From Thalia democratica (lineage: Eukaryota), in NCBI GenBank assembly GCA_965202585.1, contig OZ241826.1:26474001-26538000 (forward strand): a stretch of 64,000 bases of DNA, in the 5' to 3' direction. Numbering within the stretch: the stretch's first letter is position 1; each line of letters starts with the position of its first letter. Made by a program: the position numbers and the translations under genes. The notes below the pieces were generated by a model. That model was not told the origin of the DNA. It was given only the letters and a program-made list of their open reading frames with translations, and made no database searches. Positions 23,801 through 36,340 of this stretch are shown here, in pieces.

Positions 23801-24372
23801 ATTCATTTTTAATTTTTATCCAAAAAAAAGTCTAAATCAACTTAGCTTTTGTAAATAGAATAATAATTAAAGTACCAAATATATTTATTGTACTTTAAAC
23901 TAAAAACACCTCAATCAAATAACCATGTTTTATAATCAGTGGTAAAAACATTAATTTTTCTAAGACAAATAAAACGATGTTAAAAACGTACATAAACAAT
24001 TCTAACCTATAATATTAGCCTATTAAAGTTTCTAAAATCATTATATAACTGAATCAACGTGTAAATAAAAATACAAGATTGTCTTCCACAAAATATCAAA
24101 TAGGTAATTTGAGATAAAATATTCATCAAAACATTTTGTTTTTTTTTATGTGAAAACATTATTTTAAACAACATTTACTATAGTAAGTAATATAAAGCTT
24201 TAAAAATGTTAATAGTAAAACTGTGATAGCTTAAACATATAAAACTGTTCATAGCAATTAAAACTAAATATTCTTTAAACTACTTGCAATAAACAACTAA
24301 ACTATAATAGTATATACTTCAATTTTTTTTTCTAACATCAAAAAAAAGACAAATCTACTGTTTTCTCAGTTT

Positions 24373-27300
24373 TCACTTTCCGAGTTCTCCCACCCTCTTA
24401 TAATGCTTTTGCTTCTTGGTCATGCCAAACTGCAGTTTCTGCTGTTTCCTCCTTCTACTCTGACCAACGTCCACCTTCACTACATCCGGGTGCATTGGAC
24501 TGATGAACTTGCCTGTAAAAAGTTTGTTAATCTAATTTCCTTTGTCAGGGCCGTAGGTTCAGCAAGCCTTCATTTACTTGTTTGTTAATAAACATTAATT
24601 TTTGCTTACATTTTGACAAGATTTTCGTTATCTAAAACCAACTTGAACATGTTTAAATCGTAAACAGAAAAAGAAAATTATGTTTGGAACCGACCGTAAT
24701 CTACTAGACGACACTGGATCGCAACGAATGTGCTCGACACTAGATATTTTTTCAACCTTTTTAGATTATTTACTAAACACAAATACAGCATGCATACCTG
24801 AAACAGTCTCGATCTTGGGCCGGTTGATCTTCTTGAGCGAGAGAGCCGTGTTGTACTGCCTCGCCACGGGGTAGTCCAGTGACCTCTCGAAAGCTGGGAC
24901 GTCTCTGTGGTACTCCCACGGTATCTGCTGCACCTGTTTGCGCGTTGGTTTGTTCACGTTTGTTTGTTATGGTGGCAAAAAAGTTATTAGAACAATGAGT
25001 AGTTTTGATGGGTAGGTTTATGTTGCAACTATTAATAGTTACTTTACTAAATATATAATATTATTTTGAAAAAAAAAGAGCTTAAAACAAAACTAATACA
25101 AAAAAAAAGTTTTGATGCGCACATTGTAGCTATTTCAGCAACTTCTCAATTAGAAACAAATAATTTTTACAGTCATATACATCAAGAACTCAATAAAAAC
25201 CTGCATCTTGGTCAAACCGAGATCTCTATGTTTGGTCGGGATCCACGCGAAACTCTTCCTCTCTTTCTCCACATCCCTCATCTTCCTCTTCTACAATAAG
25301 AAACAACATTTGAAAACTTAATTTCAAACAAAAACTTCAATTGTGTTTCGTTCTGCCATTCATGTAATGCAAACTTTTCTTTTTTACACTTGAATACTTT
25401 ATTTGACAAAAGCTTCGAAAATAATTAAATTTTCTCAAAACAATCGTCGTAATAAAAAAAATTGTACAACATAAAAAGAAAAATATAAATAAATAATTAT
25501 ATTCTAATCAATTTACAACCAAACAACCTTGGCCTTCTTCTTCTTCTGGGTGATTCCTTCCCCCGCCCACCCGGTACCGAACCCCGGCATGTCCAGCTCC
25601 ATCATCTCCTTCTCCCTCTTCCGCTCCTCCTCCTTCTCGTGCTCCCCCCACACGTCGTCCTCCTCGAACGCCTCCTCGATCAACCCAGCGTTCTTGTCTG
25701 TGAAAATTTAATATTTTTTAAGAGCTTTTCTACAAAAAAAAAAACACAGTTAAATGCAATTTAGCGGCACGTCGGAATTCAAGGAAAGATTTCCCGAAAA
25801 ATAAACATTCATTTAATTTACGAAAGTCAACTAACTAAAAAAATTTATTATCAAAACTTTGGTAAACTTAATATAAAAAGCACTCACCCGGAACGAAATC
25901 GTTCATGAGGTCGTCCACGTCTTCCTCAACTTCCTTCCCTCCTCCCACGACGATCAGCTCCTCTTCACCGTCGCGCAACTTCACCGGCTTCAACACTTCC
26001 TCCTGCTGAACCACTTGTTACAAAAACCGACGAGTCGCTGAATTTAAACTATCACGTTTGAGAATTATGAATACGCTTGTTGCTATGTGCTTTGAATTTT
26101 AGAAAATAAACAAAGATGTCTCGACTTTTAGAGGAGAAATTATGTATTTATCAGTTTATAAATTACGTGATATATTTATTAGTTTGCATAATAAAGTCTT
26201 GTAAGAACAAATAAAAAAAAATATTAAGAGACACGTTCAAAATTCCACCCAGTCAAGTTCGAGAACCGTTTACCGACCGAGAGTTAGGGGTAACAGTGAT
26301 AGTGAAAAATAAATAAATGCAAAAATTATATAAAACAAATTAATAAACAAAGAAATCAAAAAAAGATCGGGTGGATTTTGAACGTGAGAGAATTTCGATA
26401 GTACACCGTCATCACAACAAACCTTCCTTTCAACAGCCACCATCTTCGTTTCCCCCTCCCCGTCCAAACCGGCCTCCTCCGTCTCAACTTCCACCATCAC
26501 CGTGTTTTCTTCCTTCTCTTCGGCTTCCTGCTCCTCCCTGGCCGCCTTCACCACCTCCTCTGCTGCTTGCAACGATTTCAGTGATTCCAACGCGCTGGTG
26601 AACTTTTGCTCGTTCCTTAATGCTTCGCTGTCCTGAGCATGATTGTCTGCTTCTTCTTGAATTTTTTGGTTTTAATGAAAGTTTTGAATTTCAATTGAGT
26701 ATTTCATTGTTTACAAATTATAAAAACTTGGACATAGCCTTTAAATTTAACTTTAATCTGTTTAAAATTAGCCGTTTCAGATGTAAAATAACTGATTCTT
26801 AAAAAACTAAAATTAAAAGTGGCTGTAAAGTTTTAGTTTCAAAGTTAAATTGCAAACAATTTTTTAAACTTTCCAATTAATTGTTCTTATTAAACAAACA
26901 AGAACAAATACAAACCTTCAGTCTCTTCACTGTCGTCTTGTTCAGCTGCCAGCCACTTGTTGTCAGACTTCAGCGGTTTCACAACCTCTTGTTGAACATC
27001 GTTACTTTCTCCTTCATCGTCATCATCTTCCTCCGATTCACTGCTGTCACTTTCAACCTGATGATAATTTTCAAGTAAACTTTCTTAGCTCCATTGAATT
27101 AAGAACCTTTACGTTATTTCTGTAACTTCAACAAACACTCCATAAACATTTTGAACGAGCCATCAAATCAATTGATGCGATAAACACCAAACAAATCAAA
27201 CACATTTTATACTTATCATTTTATTAAAGAAATTATAAATACATTTATTATTGTAACACACCTTTCTCTTCTTCATCAGTTCCTTGTGCCTGTCAGCTTC

Positions 27301-30300
27301 GGCGTTCATCTTTTCCCTGACGTCTTCGTTGTATTTGGCTATCTTCGCCTTAAATTTTGAATTTTGTTTAAAAACTTATGCATAAACTATTTTAAATTTT
27401 GAAGTAGTTATTTAGTTTGTTACTTTACTTTTATTTAGAATAAAGTTTCTAACCACTAACATCGTTGTATTTATTTAAAATTAAATTGCAATATTCACCT
27501 TATCCTTATGCCATATTCCCGTCATGATAAAATTGCTAATGACTAACATAAGGTTATGAATAACTTAATTACACCTAAATAAATTACAACCCTAACCTTG
27601 TTCTTGTGCCATTTTCCCTGCCCCCGGTGAGCCAACGTAGCCCTCTCCTTGGCTCTCGCTCTCATGTGTTCCTCTTCCTCGTCTTCCTGATCTTCCTCGT
27701 CGCTCCCTTGCAGCTCCTTCAACTTCTGCTGCTCCTGTTGATTTTTTTTTTAGGTTTGATCTTTATACATTACTATTATTTTTAAAATTAACAAATTTTT
27801 AGTAATTTGTTTAAATAAATGTCTTTTTGAAATTATGGCAGCTAATGTTTTTTTTTCAAGATAACTTTATTAAACAATGGTTTTTTGTTCAAAAAAGTTT
27901 CACTCAGTCATTGTAAAAAGGTAAAACTTAATAATAGAATAAATAATTTTATTTTTCAAAATATCTTTTAAAAAAAAATTTTTGATCGTTAACCAATAAA
28001 ATGACATTTATATTATTCCTATAAATTATAAAAAAAGTGAAACTTATCTATGAAATGGTACATTCGAACCTTCTCTTTTTTCTTTCTCTGCACCCTCCTG
28101 AAGTTCTTGCTCTTGATCTTCTTGGTCCTCTTGTACATCTGCTGCATCCTTCCCATGAAGACCCTGTTCTTCTGCAGCTGCTTCAGCCTCTCCCTCGCTT
28201 CCTGCTCGGACATCCTCTCTAGTGCCTCCTTGTCCCTCAGCGTAAGTCCCCGCCACCTTGTGAAACAATTACTTCAAAGTTGTCCGGTTTAAATATATAA
28301 GAAACATAAGATCGTTAAACATTGTATTACATAAAAAACCACTAAAAAAAGGAACTTAAAATAAATCAAGAATTTGAATAGTCATGAACCCTACTACTCA
28401 TAACACACCTGTGTATTTATTACAAATGCGCTACATATATACATACCTGCCGTGGTCGATTTCCTTATCTTTCGGACCGTACGTTGCCATCAGCTGGGCT
28501 TCCAAATCGCAAACTGGCTTCCTGGCCGTTGTGACTGTGTATTGGAGTAAAAGTTATTAAACAACCGAGAAATACATGCGCACAGGACAAGCTTTTGAGT
28601 AGTTGTAATTATAGTTTTTTTTTTGAAATTCTGACAATTTAAGTTACTTACTAATAATATAGGTTCACATGATAAAGATATACTCAAATTAAAAAGTTTA
28701 AAGTAAAGTGCTATAGTTTATTTTTAAGCATATTGAACGACCAAATCTCAAAAAATCATTAAAAATACCTTACTCTAATGCCTGCAAAGTTATTGGTAGT
28801 AATAAACTGTTTAAATTACAAAAATCAGCATAAACTCTAGTTCCATAAACTTATAATACCTTAAAATGAATATCAAAAATAAAAAAATCCATACAACTTA
28901 AATCGCACCTCTCGAGTTTGCCCCCATCTTGCCCAGGTAGTTGCTCCTCAGCGGCTTCTGTTTTGGCGGGAACATTATGTGGTCTTCCCGCCACATCAGC
29001 TGGGCGTGATCGTCCCACTTGGAAGCCTCCTTGTTGTTTTTGATGGCGAGCGCCCTCATCTGGATGCGCTTCGACTCCGGCTTGCTCGGTTCGGCCTGCA
29101 ACGTTTTCTTGTTCTTTTCAAGCATCTCCATCTTTCTCTTCATTTGGTCGCCTGAAAATAAGAAAGTTAATTCTAAACTCAAGGTTTTTTATTTGTTAAA
29201 GGATGAAAAATTATATTCATCAAATTTTAAAAAGTATATAGTAACTGAATTTCTTTAATATATTCGACTAAAACACTTATCACTGTTTTTATTATTCATA
29301 TAAGAGAATAACTTTTTAACTGAAACTTCTTTAACTTAATTACTTTACAACTTTAAATGATTAAACTTTTGTAATTAATAGTGTTCTTAGATTAGGTTTT
29401 GTGTTTAGTCTAATTTACACTTATTTATCATTTACAGTCAAAAACTTGCTATATAAAATAGCAATAAGAGTAATTCAAACAAACTAATTGAAATCTTTTC
29501 TAAAATAAAAGAAAACATAGCATAGCTAAAGTTTATTTCTGAAAAGTTAGTATCGTTTAACAAACTATAAAATAATATTTGTTTCAATGTTCTTGAACTA
29601 TGATAAATAAGTTTAAGAGCATGGGGGAGTGTCTGATAATTATTTTTACTAAAAATAACATTGGATCTTATATGAAAGCCACATATGAAAGTACGTACTA
29701 CAAGCCAGTTTTTATAGAATTAAAAAATCATATTTAACTTTTGATATATTGTAATCTTTGTATAAAGCTTCTGATAATACGTTTAGACCGCAATTTTTTG
29801 TATTCAATATTCTCAGAAATTTGAAAAACCACTAAAAATCTATCTTCTTCTTTATTTTTTGAGCTAGAGACATCAGACTTTCAGGAAACGATCATTTTAT
29901 AGTTTAAACGGTTTAAAATGTTGCCATTTTCAAATTATTAAAAAATAAAATTTCTAGATAAAAACAAAAATAATAAGAGTTTTTTTTTAATGAAAATTTT
30001 ATTTTTCAAAACGAGGTTTTAGTTTGCTCCTTCTTTTAGAAACCTATTAACATCACCGATTTTGATTACTTTTATGTCAAAAATTACTTTGAGTTTGTTA
30101 AAGGGGTTAAAATTTCTGATAGCTCAGATAAAACTCTATAAAATAAAATCAACTTTAAAAATCAATTTGATCACCCCCTATGCAACTAAATCATAAGCAC
30201 ATAGTTTCAAAGCATTATATTTAAAATGTTTAAATAATTTAAATTTATGAAATAATTTTTTTTTATACATAAAACAAGTCTTTTTCACAACACAAATATA

Positions 30301-32652
30301 TTTCAACAATTTTCTTCAGTGTGATTACAATTATTTTCCTATTTCATAGAGCAAATAAAATATGTTCGCCAGAAGTATTTCAGAATGAACTTAAGGTTAT
30401 AAAAGAATTACTAATAAAGAATGGATACCCTAATCCGTTGATTGATAGGGTATTCAAAACTGAATTGAGAAGACTAAAGTACACAAAACCTTATGGACCA
30501 GAGAAATGTCCTGTTCTATTAATTTTGCCTTATGTGGGTGAAAAATCAAAACAAGTTGAAAGAGATATCAAGAATATGACAGAAAAAGTTTACCATGCTT
30601 CTAAACCAAGAGTAATTTTTACATCTACTGCTATCCTAAATCCTAGAGGTAAAGATCTAATATCCTACAAGCACAAAAGTTGCGTGGTATACACGTATAA
30701 ATGCTGTTGCGCAAACAGCTATATAGGACAAACATCTAGGCATTTAGAAACAAGAATAAAAGAGCACGTACCTAAGTGCGTGAAAGACCATATCAAAAAT
30801 CAACCGAAGAAAATGAGTATTGCAACCTTAAACGCAACAAAAAGATCATCAATTTCAGAGCACTTAGTAAAAAATCCTAAATGTGGTAATAATTACAGTG
30901 AGACAAAGTTCAAAGTTTTAAGAAGTTGCACGAACATTTTTGATTTAATTAAAATAGAAGCTATTTATATTCACTTGGACAAGCCAGAATTATGCAAACA
31001 AAGAGAGTTTGATTACTCTTTATCCTTGTTTAAATTAGACTAATTTTGTTTTGTTTTAAATGTTACAGTTAATTATGTTTTCCTTGTTGTTTTTAAATTT
31101 TTTGTTATAGTTTAGGGTTTTTTTTACTAATTGATTGATAATTTCTCATATAATTAAAAAGGCTATATAAGTTTAAAATTTGTTTTACCTTGTTACAATT
31201 GTAATCACACTGAAGAAAATTGTTGAAATATATTTGTGTTGTGAAAAAGACTTGTTTTATGTATAAAAATTAAAATTAGCAGACATATGTTTAAAATTTT
31301 TTTTTAATAAAGCAAGACTAAATTAAAGGAAATTTGAAAAACTTATTTGAAGATAACATTAATTTATTGATTTAATTGATTTCAATACCAAAATTTGGAA
31401 TGAAGTAATAACCAAATTTCAAAAAAATATACACAAAATTGAATTAAGGGCTTAGGGGAGTTAATCACTATTTTAACATTTTAGTCCTATTTTTAAGACT
31501 TTCAAATAAGCTACAAGATGCTTTTTACAGATTTTATAAGTTCAAAATAATATTTGAGATATAGCAGGTCAAAGTCAGAGGCATTTTCCTTATGGGGGTT
31601 GCAAACTAAAACCGCAAAAACAGTTTTGTTTTTGTTTTTTTTATCATAAAACTTTTATTTTTTAATTTTCTTTTGACAGAATTTTCTAAATATTGCAAGA
31701 ACCATTTCCTGAAAACTTGAGGTAGTTATCTCAAAAAAACGTAGGAGAAGATGGATTATTATAGATTTCTAGTTGATTGTTGTTTTACTTTGGGCCACCC
31801 ATAACGAACCTATTGTTATCTCTGACTTTGACCTGCTATATCTCAGAAAATTTTTTAAGTTTTAAAAATCTATAAAAAGCAACTTGTAGCTTAGTTAAAA
31901 CTCAATAATATACTAAATTGTGAAAAAGTTGATTTATGCCCCTATGCCTTTAAATATGAAAGAATTTTTCTTATTTATGTAAAATAATTAAAACATGATA
32001 AGGATCTAAATATCTTAAAACTGGTGAAAATATAAAAGTTTAATGTTCATCTTAAATGTAATAAATTCTGAAATTTTATAATATTAGTAAAAAAGCTATG
32101 CACACTACTATAACAAAAAAGTAAGCAAAGAAACAAATAAAAGTTAAAGTCAAAAACAATATTTTTTAAAATTATCTGTTTGTATATACTTATGCAATCT
32201 ATAATAACAAAAACTATTGATATATAAACAATAAAATTGCCAACCTTTAACATTTCCCTCTTCAAATATGTCACCAAAAGCCGTGTCTTTATCATCTAAT
32301 ACCGGACCGTCAACCAAAGTCCTGCGTCTTTTGTTGGTGGCTTGTTTCTCTTCCTCCTCCTTTACAATTTGAAGAGTTTAAATTTTTTTCTATTAACCTT
32401 AGGGGCAAAGAATTATAAACTGTTAATTTGGTCAAAAACAACATATTTACTTTTTTCTAGCAATTTTTTTTAACCTATCAGATGCTTTTTAGAGTTAAAA
32501 AATATTATTCAGTACTTTTTTTTGTGAGATTTTATAAGTATAATAGCTGTTTAAACCTTGACATTGAGAGCATCAAGCACTTTGTCCATCTTCTGGTTCT
32601 CATCTTCCGATGAGTAGCAATCACTGCTGTAATCTTCTGAATCTGAACTCAT
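24373..32652 (-). CDS. UTP14: U3 snoRNA-associated protein 14 (UTP14), complete 14-exon copy, ~660 aa
   Basis: Hand-spliced exons 32652-32557, 32359-32245, 29151-28909, 28534-28447, 28256-28070, 27734-27597, 27348-27262, 27057-26916, 26655-26423, 26005-25888, 25697-25528, 25290-25201, 24933-24798, 24512-24373. All are GT-AG with compatible phases, total 1983 nt (MSSDSEDYSS...GELGK*). Recognised motifs: ASKWD..FPP, MSEQEARERL..KKIKSKNFRRV, ERATLAHRGQGKW, IEEAFEEDDV..LDMPGFGTGWAGEG, QVQQIPW..FERSLDYPVARQYNT..RPKIETVSGKFISP. The acceptors of exons 2, 10 and 13 are the least certain. Confidence 0.92.
26232..26386. mobile_element. 155-bp MITE with CAC..GTG termini and 5-bp TSD (Transib-like) in UTP14 intron 9
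   Basis: AGAGA|CACGTTCAAAATTCCACCC ... GGGTGGATTTTGAACGTG|AGAGA. Confidence 0.75.
29617..30185. mobile_element. Copy-B paralog of the first Kolobok-like MITE, with degenerate termini
   Basis: TTAA|gagcatgggg ... cccctatgcaa; collinear with 1385-1955. Confidence 0.65.
30291..30323 (-). ncRNA. Inverted copy of the Penelope hammerhead (UTP14 sense strand)
   Basis: Exact reverse complement of 31206-31238 within the inverted pLTR. Confidence 0.7.
30321..31043 (+). CDS. Penelope ORF fragment: RT C-terminal helical region plus GIY-YIG endonuclease (240 aa)
   Basis: HRANKICS..NGYP..LPYVG..VVYTYKCCCANSYIGQTSRHLETRIKEH..ISEHL..IEAIYI..PELC. The first residues derive from the inverted pLTR, so there is no native start. 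Confidence 0.88.
   Translation: MITIIFLFHRANKICSPEVFQNELKVIKELLIKNGYPNPLIDRVFKTELRRLKYTKPYGPEKCPVLLILPYVGEKSKQVERDIKNMTEKVYHASKPRVIFTSTAILNPRGKDLISYKHKSCVVYTYKCCCANSYIGQTSRHLETRIKEHVPKCVKDHIKNQPKKMSIATLNATKRSSISEHLVKNPKCGNNYSETKFKVLRSCTNIFDLIKIEAIYIHLDKPELCKQREFDYSLSLFKLD
31206..31238 (+). ncRNA. Minimal type I hammerhead ribozyme in the Penelope 3' pLTR
   Basis: CACA-CTGAAGA-aa[attg]tt-GAAA-tata-TT^TGTG. 4-bp helix I, minimal helix II, self-complementary ATATAT helix III, AUU triplet. Confidence 0.7.
31448..31949. mobile_element. Copy-B paralog of the second Kolobok-like MITE
   Basis: TTAA|gggcttagggg ... cccctatgcct|TTAA; collinear with 2174-2681. Confidence 0.7.
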
Positions 32653-33564
32653 TTTGTATGTATTTGTATGCAGGTGTTTTGCTGAATGTAATTACTTTAT
32701 AAGTTAAATCTGTTGGTAGTGTTGACTTACTAATGTTAGTTTAAAAGTTTGACGACAGTTATTACTTTTCTTATTGTTTAAAACAAACTTAAGAAACATA
32801 AAACCATTGCTTTCTAATTTTGTGCATGTACTTGTATACTTCCTTGTTATCTTCATTGATACTTTTACAACATGTAAAAATAGCTAGCAATTAGTACAAA
32901 AAAATAATCTATTGTTCTACTGGTTAATATAAACACCAAACAATGTAAACTTGTGTTAAACAAAAGTATTTCATTACTTAATTTCAATGTTCACAGCTTA
33001 ATAACTACCAACAAAGATAATTAATTTTTGTTAATTACTAAGCTTAAATTACAAAAAATTGACATAGTGACAATTTTACATGAAATTTTAATCTTAATTG
33101 TTTAAAATATCATTGATAACATTTGTTTTTAAAACTATTTATTGCAAAAGGGAAATAAATATTTTTACTATAGTCTGACAGCAACCCTAAGCTTATTGTT
33201 ATCAATACATAACATTTTAAATCATTCAAGCAATTAAGTAAAAAGATATAAAGCTTTATAAAATATTATATTATAGGTTTTAATTAAGTTTTAAACTTAA
33301 ATTTTGTTAGGAAAATAAGATACTATTGTTTAAAACTTAAGTAAAAATACAGTTAAAACTTTTTTTTGAGGACTAACTTTTACATATTCTTATTCAGAAT
33401 AAATGTTCATACAACTAAAACTAATAATACACTTTCTAATTGGCTACTAGCTTGTGAATAACTTAGCATCATAATATATTCAAAGAATTTTAAACTGAAA
33501 GATTTCAGCCCTTTTCAAAAATAAACTTGGACTTGTGATAAAATAAATAAAAAAAATCACTTAC

Positions 33565-36340
33565 AAAAATTCTTGTATGATCTTTGGTCCCTCACTCCTA
33601 TATCTCAACTCGGTTTCAGAAGGAATTCCATTTTCAAAACTAGATGTTTTCTTCAGATCAGCCTTCTCATGATACCATGTAGGCTTGCTCAGTTCATATA
33701 AGGCTTTTTGGTGATGAGATTTAGTTGATTTTAATATATTTTCTGTTAGAAGTTTAACAATATTGTTAATACTAAGCTTTTACTTGTGTTGGGTACCTTG
33801 ATGAAATTTTTGTGTTTACTTAAATTAATTTGTTCTTTAAGATATTCATATAAATAGTTGTATGGTTTGAATGCTTCAAAGACTTTGAAGATTAATTTAA
33901 GTAGTCATAAGCACTAAAGTTTCATATAAATGAAACATTTTAAATACAGCTCACAAGTAGTTAATGTTCATAATTTTCCAAAACTAGACTAAGTTCTAAG
34001 ATACAATTTAGTCTAGCAACATAAGAAGTTTTTACAGCAGTATTATATCAATACTTATTTAGTTAATTAAAACAAATAAAGACTTTAGAAAAATTTAAAC
34101 TTATCATTTTTGTGGCTTAAAACTGAACTTGAAATATCATAATGTAATGATGGTTTTGTTTGATATAAAATATGTTTCACTCAAATATAAGTAGTTATTT
34201 TTCACAGTCATACAAAAATATTTTGTTAATTGTGTCTTTATTTAGCATTCACTCACTATGAACAATATGGCTTTTTGTTTTCTACCTGCTTCAAAAAGTT
34301 GTTATATCAATGACTACAAAAACTCAGTAGTTTTGGCAAATATGGCAAAACGATTCGAACTAAATTATAACTGAAATGAGTTTGCAAAAGTTAAATGTAA
34401 CTTGATGAAATTAAAGGCTTTAAGCTAAATATGATAAATTTTATACAAGTTGTTAGGTGTTAAACATCTTTAAAAGAAGTAAAAAACAATTTCGTAAAGT
34501 TTAGAGTTAAATACTTAATTCATATACTTAAATAAAGTTGTCGATGTAATTTATATGAGCATAATGAATTACTGTAGCTTAAAAATTAAACAATATGTTC
34601 AACCAACTATCACTAATGCAGTAAAAAAGGTAGAAATTAAGTTGTGTAAAGTACTTTATGTTCGAAAAAGCTAAAACCACCCTGCTATGCTAACATAGTG
34701 TTTCAATTTGTAGTTTTTGATAAATTCTGTAAAATCTTACATTTTATTGTGACATCATACAAAAAAAGTATTTTAGAAAATATTTTTTTTCAATGAAAAT
34801 TCTTTTGAGAAAAGCACTTGTAGTAGTAAGAGCTCTGGATGCTGTAGGTGTAAATTTTAACTTTTTTTCTTTTTTTATACTGTTTATGTGAGCTTTGTAG
34901 AATACTTAAGCGAACTCTATTTGATTGTCAATACTGCTGAAGATAAAACTTGATAATTATTGCTCATTTTATCTTCTAAAATTCTTATTTTCTTTACTGA
35001 GTGAGTTTAAGACCTAGATTAGGAATCAACAGTCTTGAAAGTTTATGTTGATAATCTATATTGTTTTCCTCATGCAAAACCTTTGAAATAGTTCTTTACT
35101 TTATCTTCTAATTCATCATATGCTGCACTTTTACATTTACAAGCATGACATGTTAAGAATGCACTTACATGATGCCAAAAAAACCATCAAGAGGCTTTGA
35201 AATCTTGCATCTCAGTTTTTTTTAATCTTTGAAACATCATTGTAAAGTGAACTGGGTAGAAAAAAGCTCAAAAAAATCTTTTAAAAGTCTTTTGAACCTC
35301 AGCAAAATTTTAAAACTTCTGAGCTTGTTTCAAATCCTTTGTCTTTATAAGTTGTCACTGTTACTTTTTCCTCTATGCAGAGTTCAGATCACACTTTTTT
35401 AGATGATGAGTACCTACTACAGCAGCTGTTGAGGTTAGTTTGTTTAATAGTTAATTAGATAGTTTTAATTTGTGCAATACTTAGTATTTTTTGCTAGGGT
35501 TACCAGCCAGACTAGTTGAATATTACAAAGTTAAAGTTTTTAGGATAATATAATAAATCTTAAAATTTTATATGTTTTACTTATTAATTGTTGAGTCCTT
35601 TTGTTACTAATAAATTTTTTGAATGCTCATGCTTGAATAACATTAAGCTTTAGATGTAATAAAGTTTTGCACAAATTCAGACTAGCACTTTCTATTCATA
35701 GAGTTGTAACCTTGGCTTATACCATAAACATATGTTTGTCGTGTTGGGCTTCATTCTCCTAAGATTACTAGGTTACCTTTAAAGAAAATTTAAGTAAGGA
35801 AATAAATAAAATCATTAAAAATTAGCAACACTTGTGTAAAATTTTACAAGTCTGTATAAAGAAGTGTTGCATTCATGAACGAAGCCCAAAGAGACAGCAA
35901 GCTAAGTGTAGAAGTTTATTTACAACATAAAATTTAAATTCTGATTGTATTAATGTAGTTTATATGTTCATAGATTAATGATTTGTAATAAAAAGTACTT
36001 CTTAAAGTGTGCATGAAACATAATAGGTAAGAGTAATTATAAAACAAATTGTTATTATTAATTAATTTATTTACAAAAGAAAATAGTTAAACCATATGAG
36101 GATTAGGTTTGCTAGTAAACAAAATGTTCCAAAATTGTAAGCTTACATTCATATATTTACAAAGCAGTTCACAGCAAGCAAAATTTAAAAGTTGTTAGCT
36201 TATTCTTACCTTTGTTTAATTTTTCTATTCTTCTATCATTAACTTCTTTCTCTTTTTTTATCTATCAATAACTTCTTTTGTTCATATGTTTGCACTAATA
36301 AGCTTTTGACAACAACTTGCTGTACTGTTTTTTATGTATA
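33565..36340 (-). pseudogene. Decayed multi-exon gene or TE coding fossil upstream of UTP14 (copy B)
   Basis: Exon 33742-33565 is open (NILKSTKSHHQKALYELSKPTWYHEKADLKKTSSFENGIPSETELRYRSEGPKIIQEF|gtaagt), as is exon 35901-35848 (LAVSLGFVHECNTSLYRL). The frame near 34.87-35.13 kb has several stops (SAAYDELEDKVKNYFKGFA*..KKIRILEDKMSNNYQV). Confidence 0.5.

Larger units (their letters stand above)
174..28401 (+). repeat. Tandem segmental duplication unit, copy A (left edge defined by the gap)
   Basis: aacacac at 174 corresponds to 28402 and 57686. ORF-track entries recur at offsets of 29273-29284 bp. Confidence 0.92.
30260..31290 (+). mobile_element. 5'-truncated Penelope-like retroelement with inverted pLTR, inserted in UTP14 intron 2 of copy B only
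   Basis: RT C-terminal/GIY-YIG ORF flanked by a perfect 73-bp inverted repeat (30260-30332 vs 31197-31269). Absent at the orthologous sites ~2030 and ~59545. The right boundary is approximate. Confidence 0.9.

Noticed and set aside
27502-27555. Hairpin (ccttatg..gtcat..atgac..cataagg) in UTP14 intron 6 as an intronic snoRNA
   Set aside because: No proper C/D boxes, H box (ANANNA) or ACA tail, and no second hairpin.
25529-28292. Plus-strand ORFs (25529, 26371, 26620, 26881, 28037, 28050) and the alternate-frame minus ORF 28044, with their +29284 twins
   Set aside because: They are antisense or off-frame shadows of GC-rich UTP14 exons.
32390-32425. Possible micro-exon (..ctttgcccctaag|gt) upstream of UTP14 exon 2
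   Set aside because: The 22-nt exon would shift the frame and leave a 33-41 nt intron; more likely branch-point region.
35375-35433. Plus-strand mini-exon MQSSDHTFLDDEYLLQQLL|gt
   Set aside because: The frame is disrupted in copy A by a non-triplet indel, and it overlaps the minus-strand fossil.
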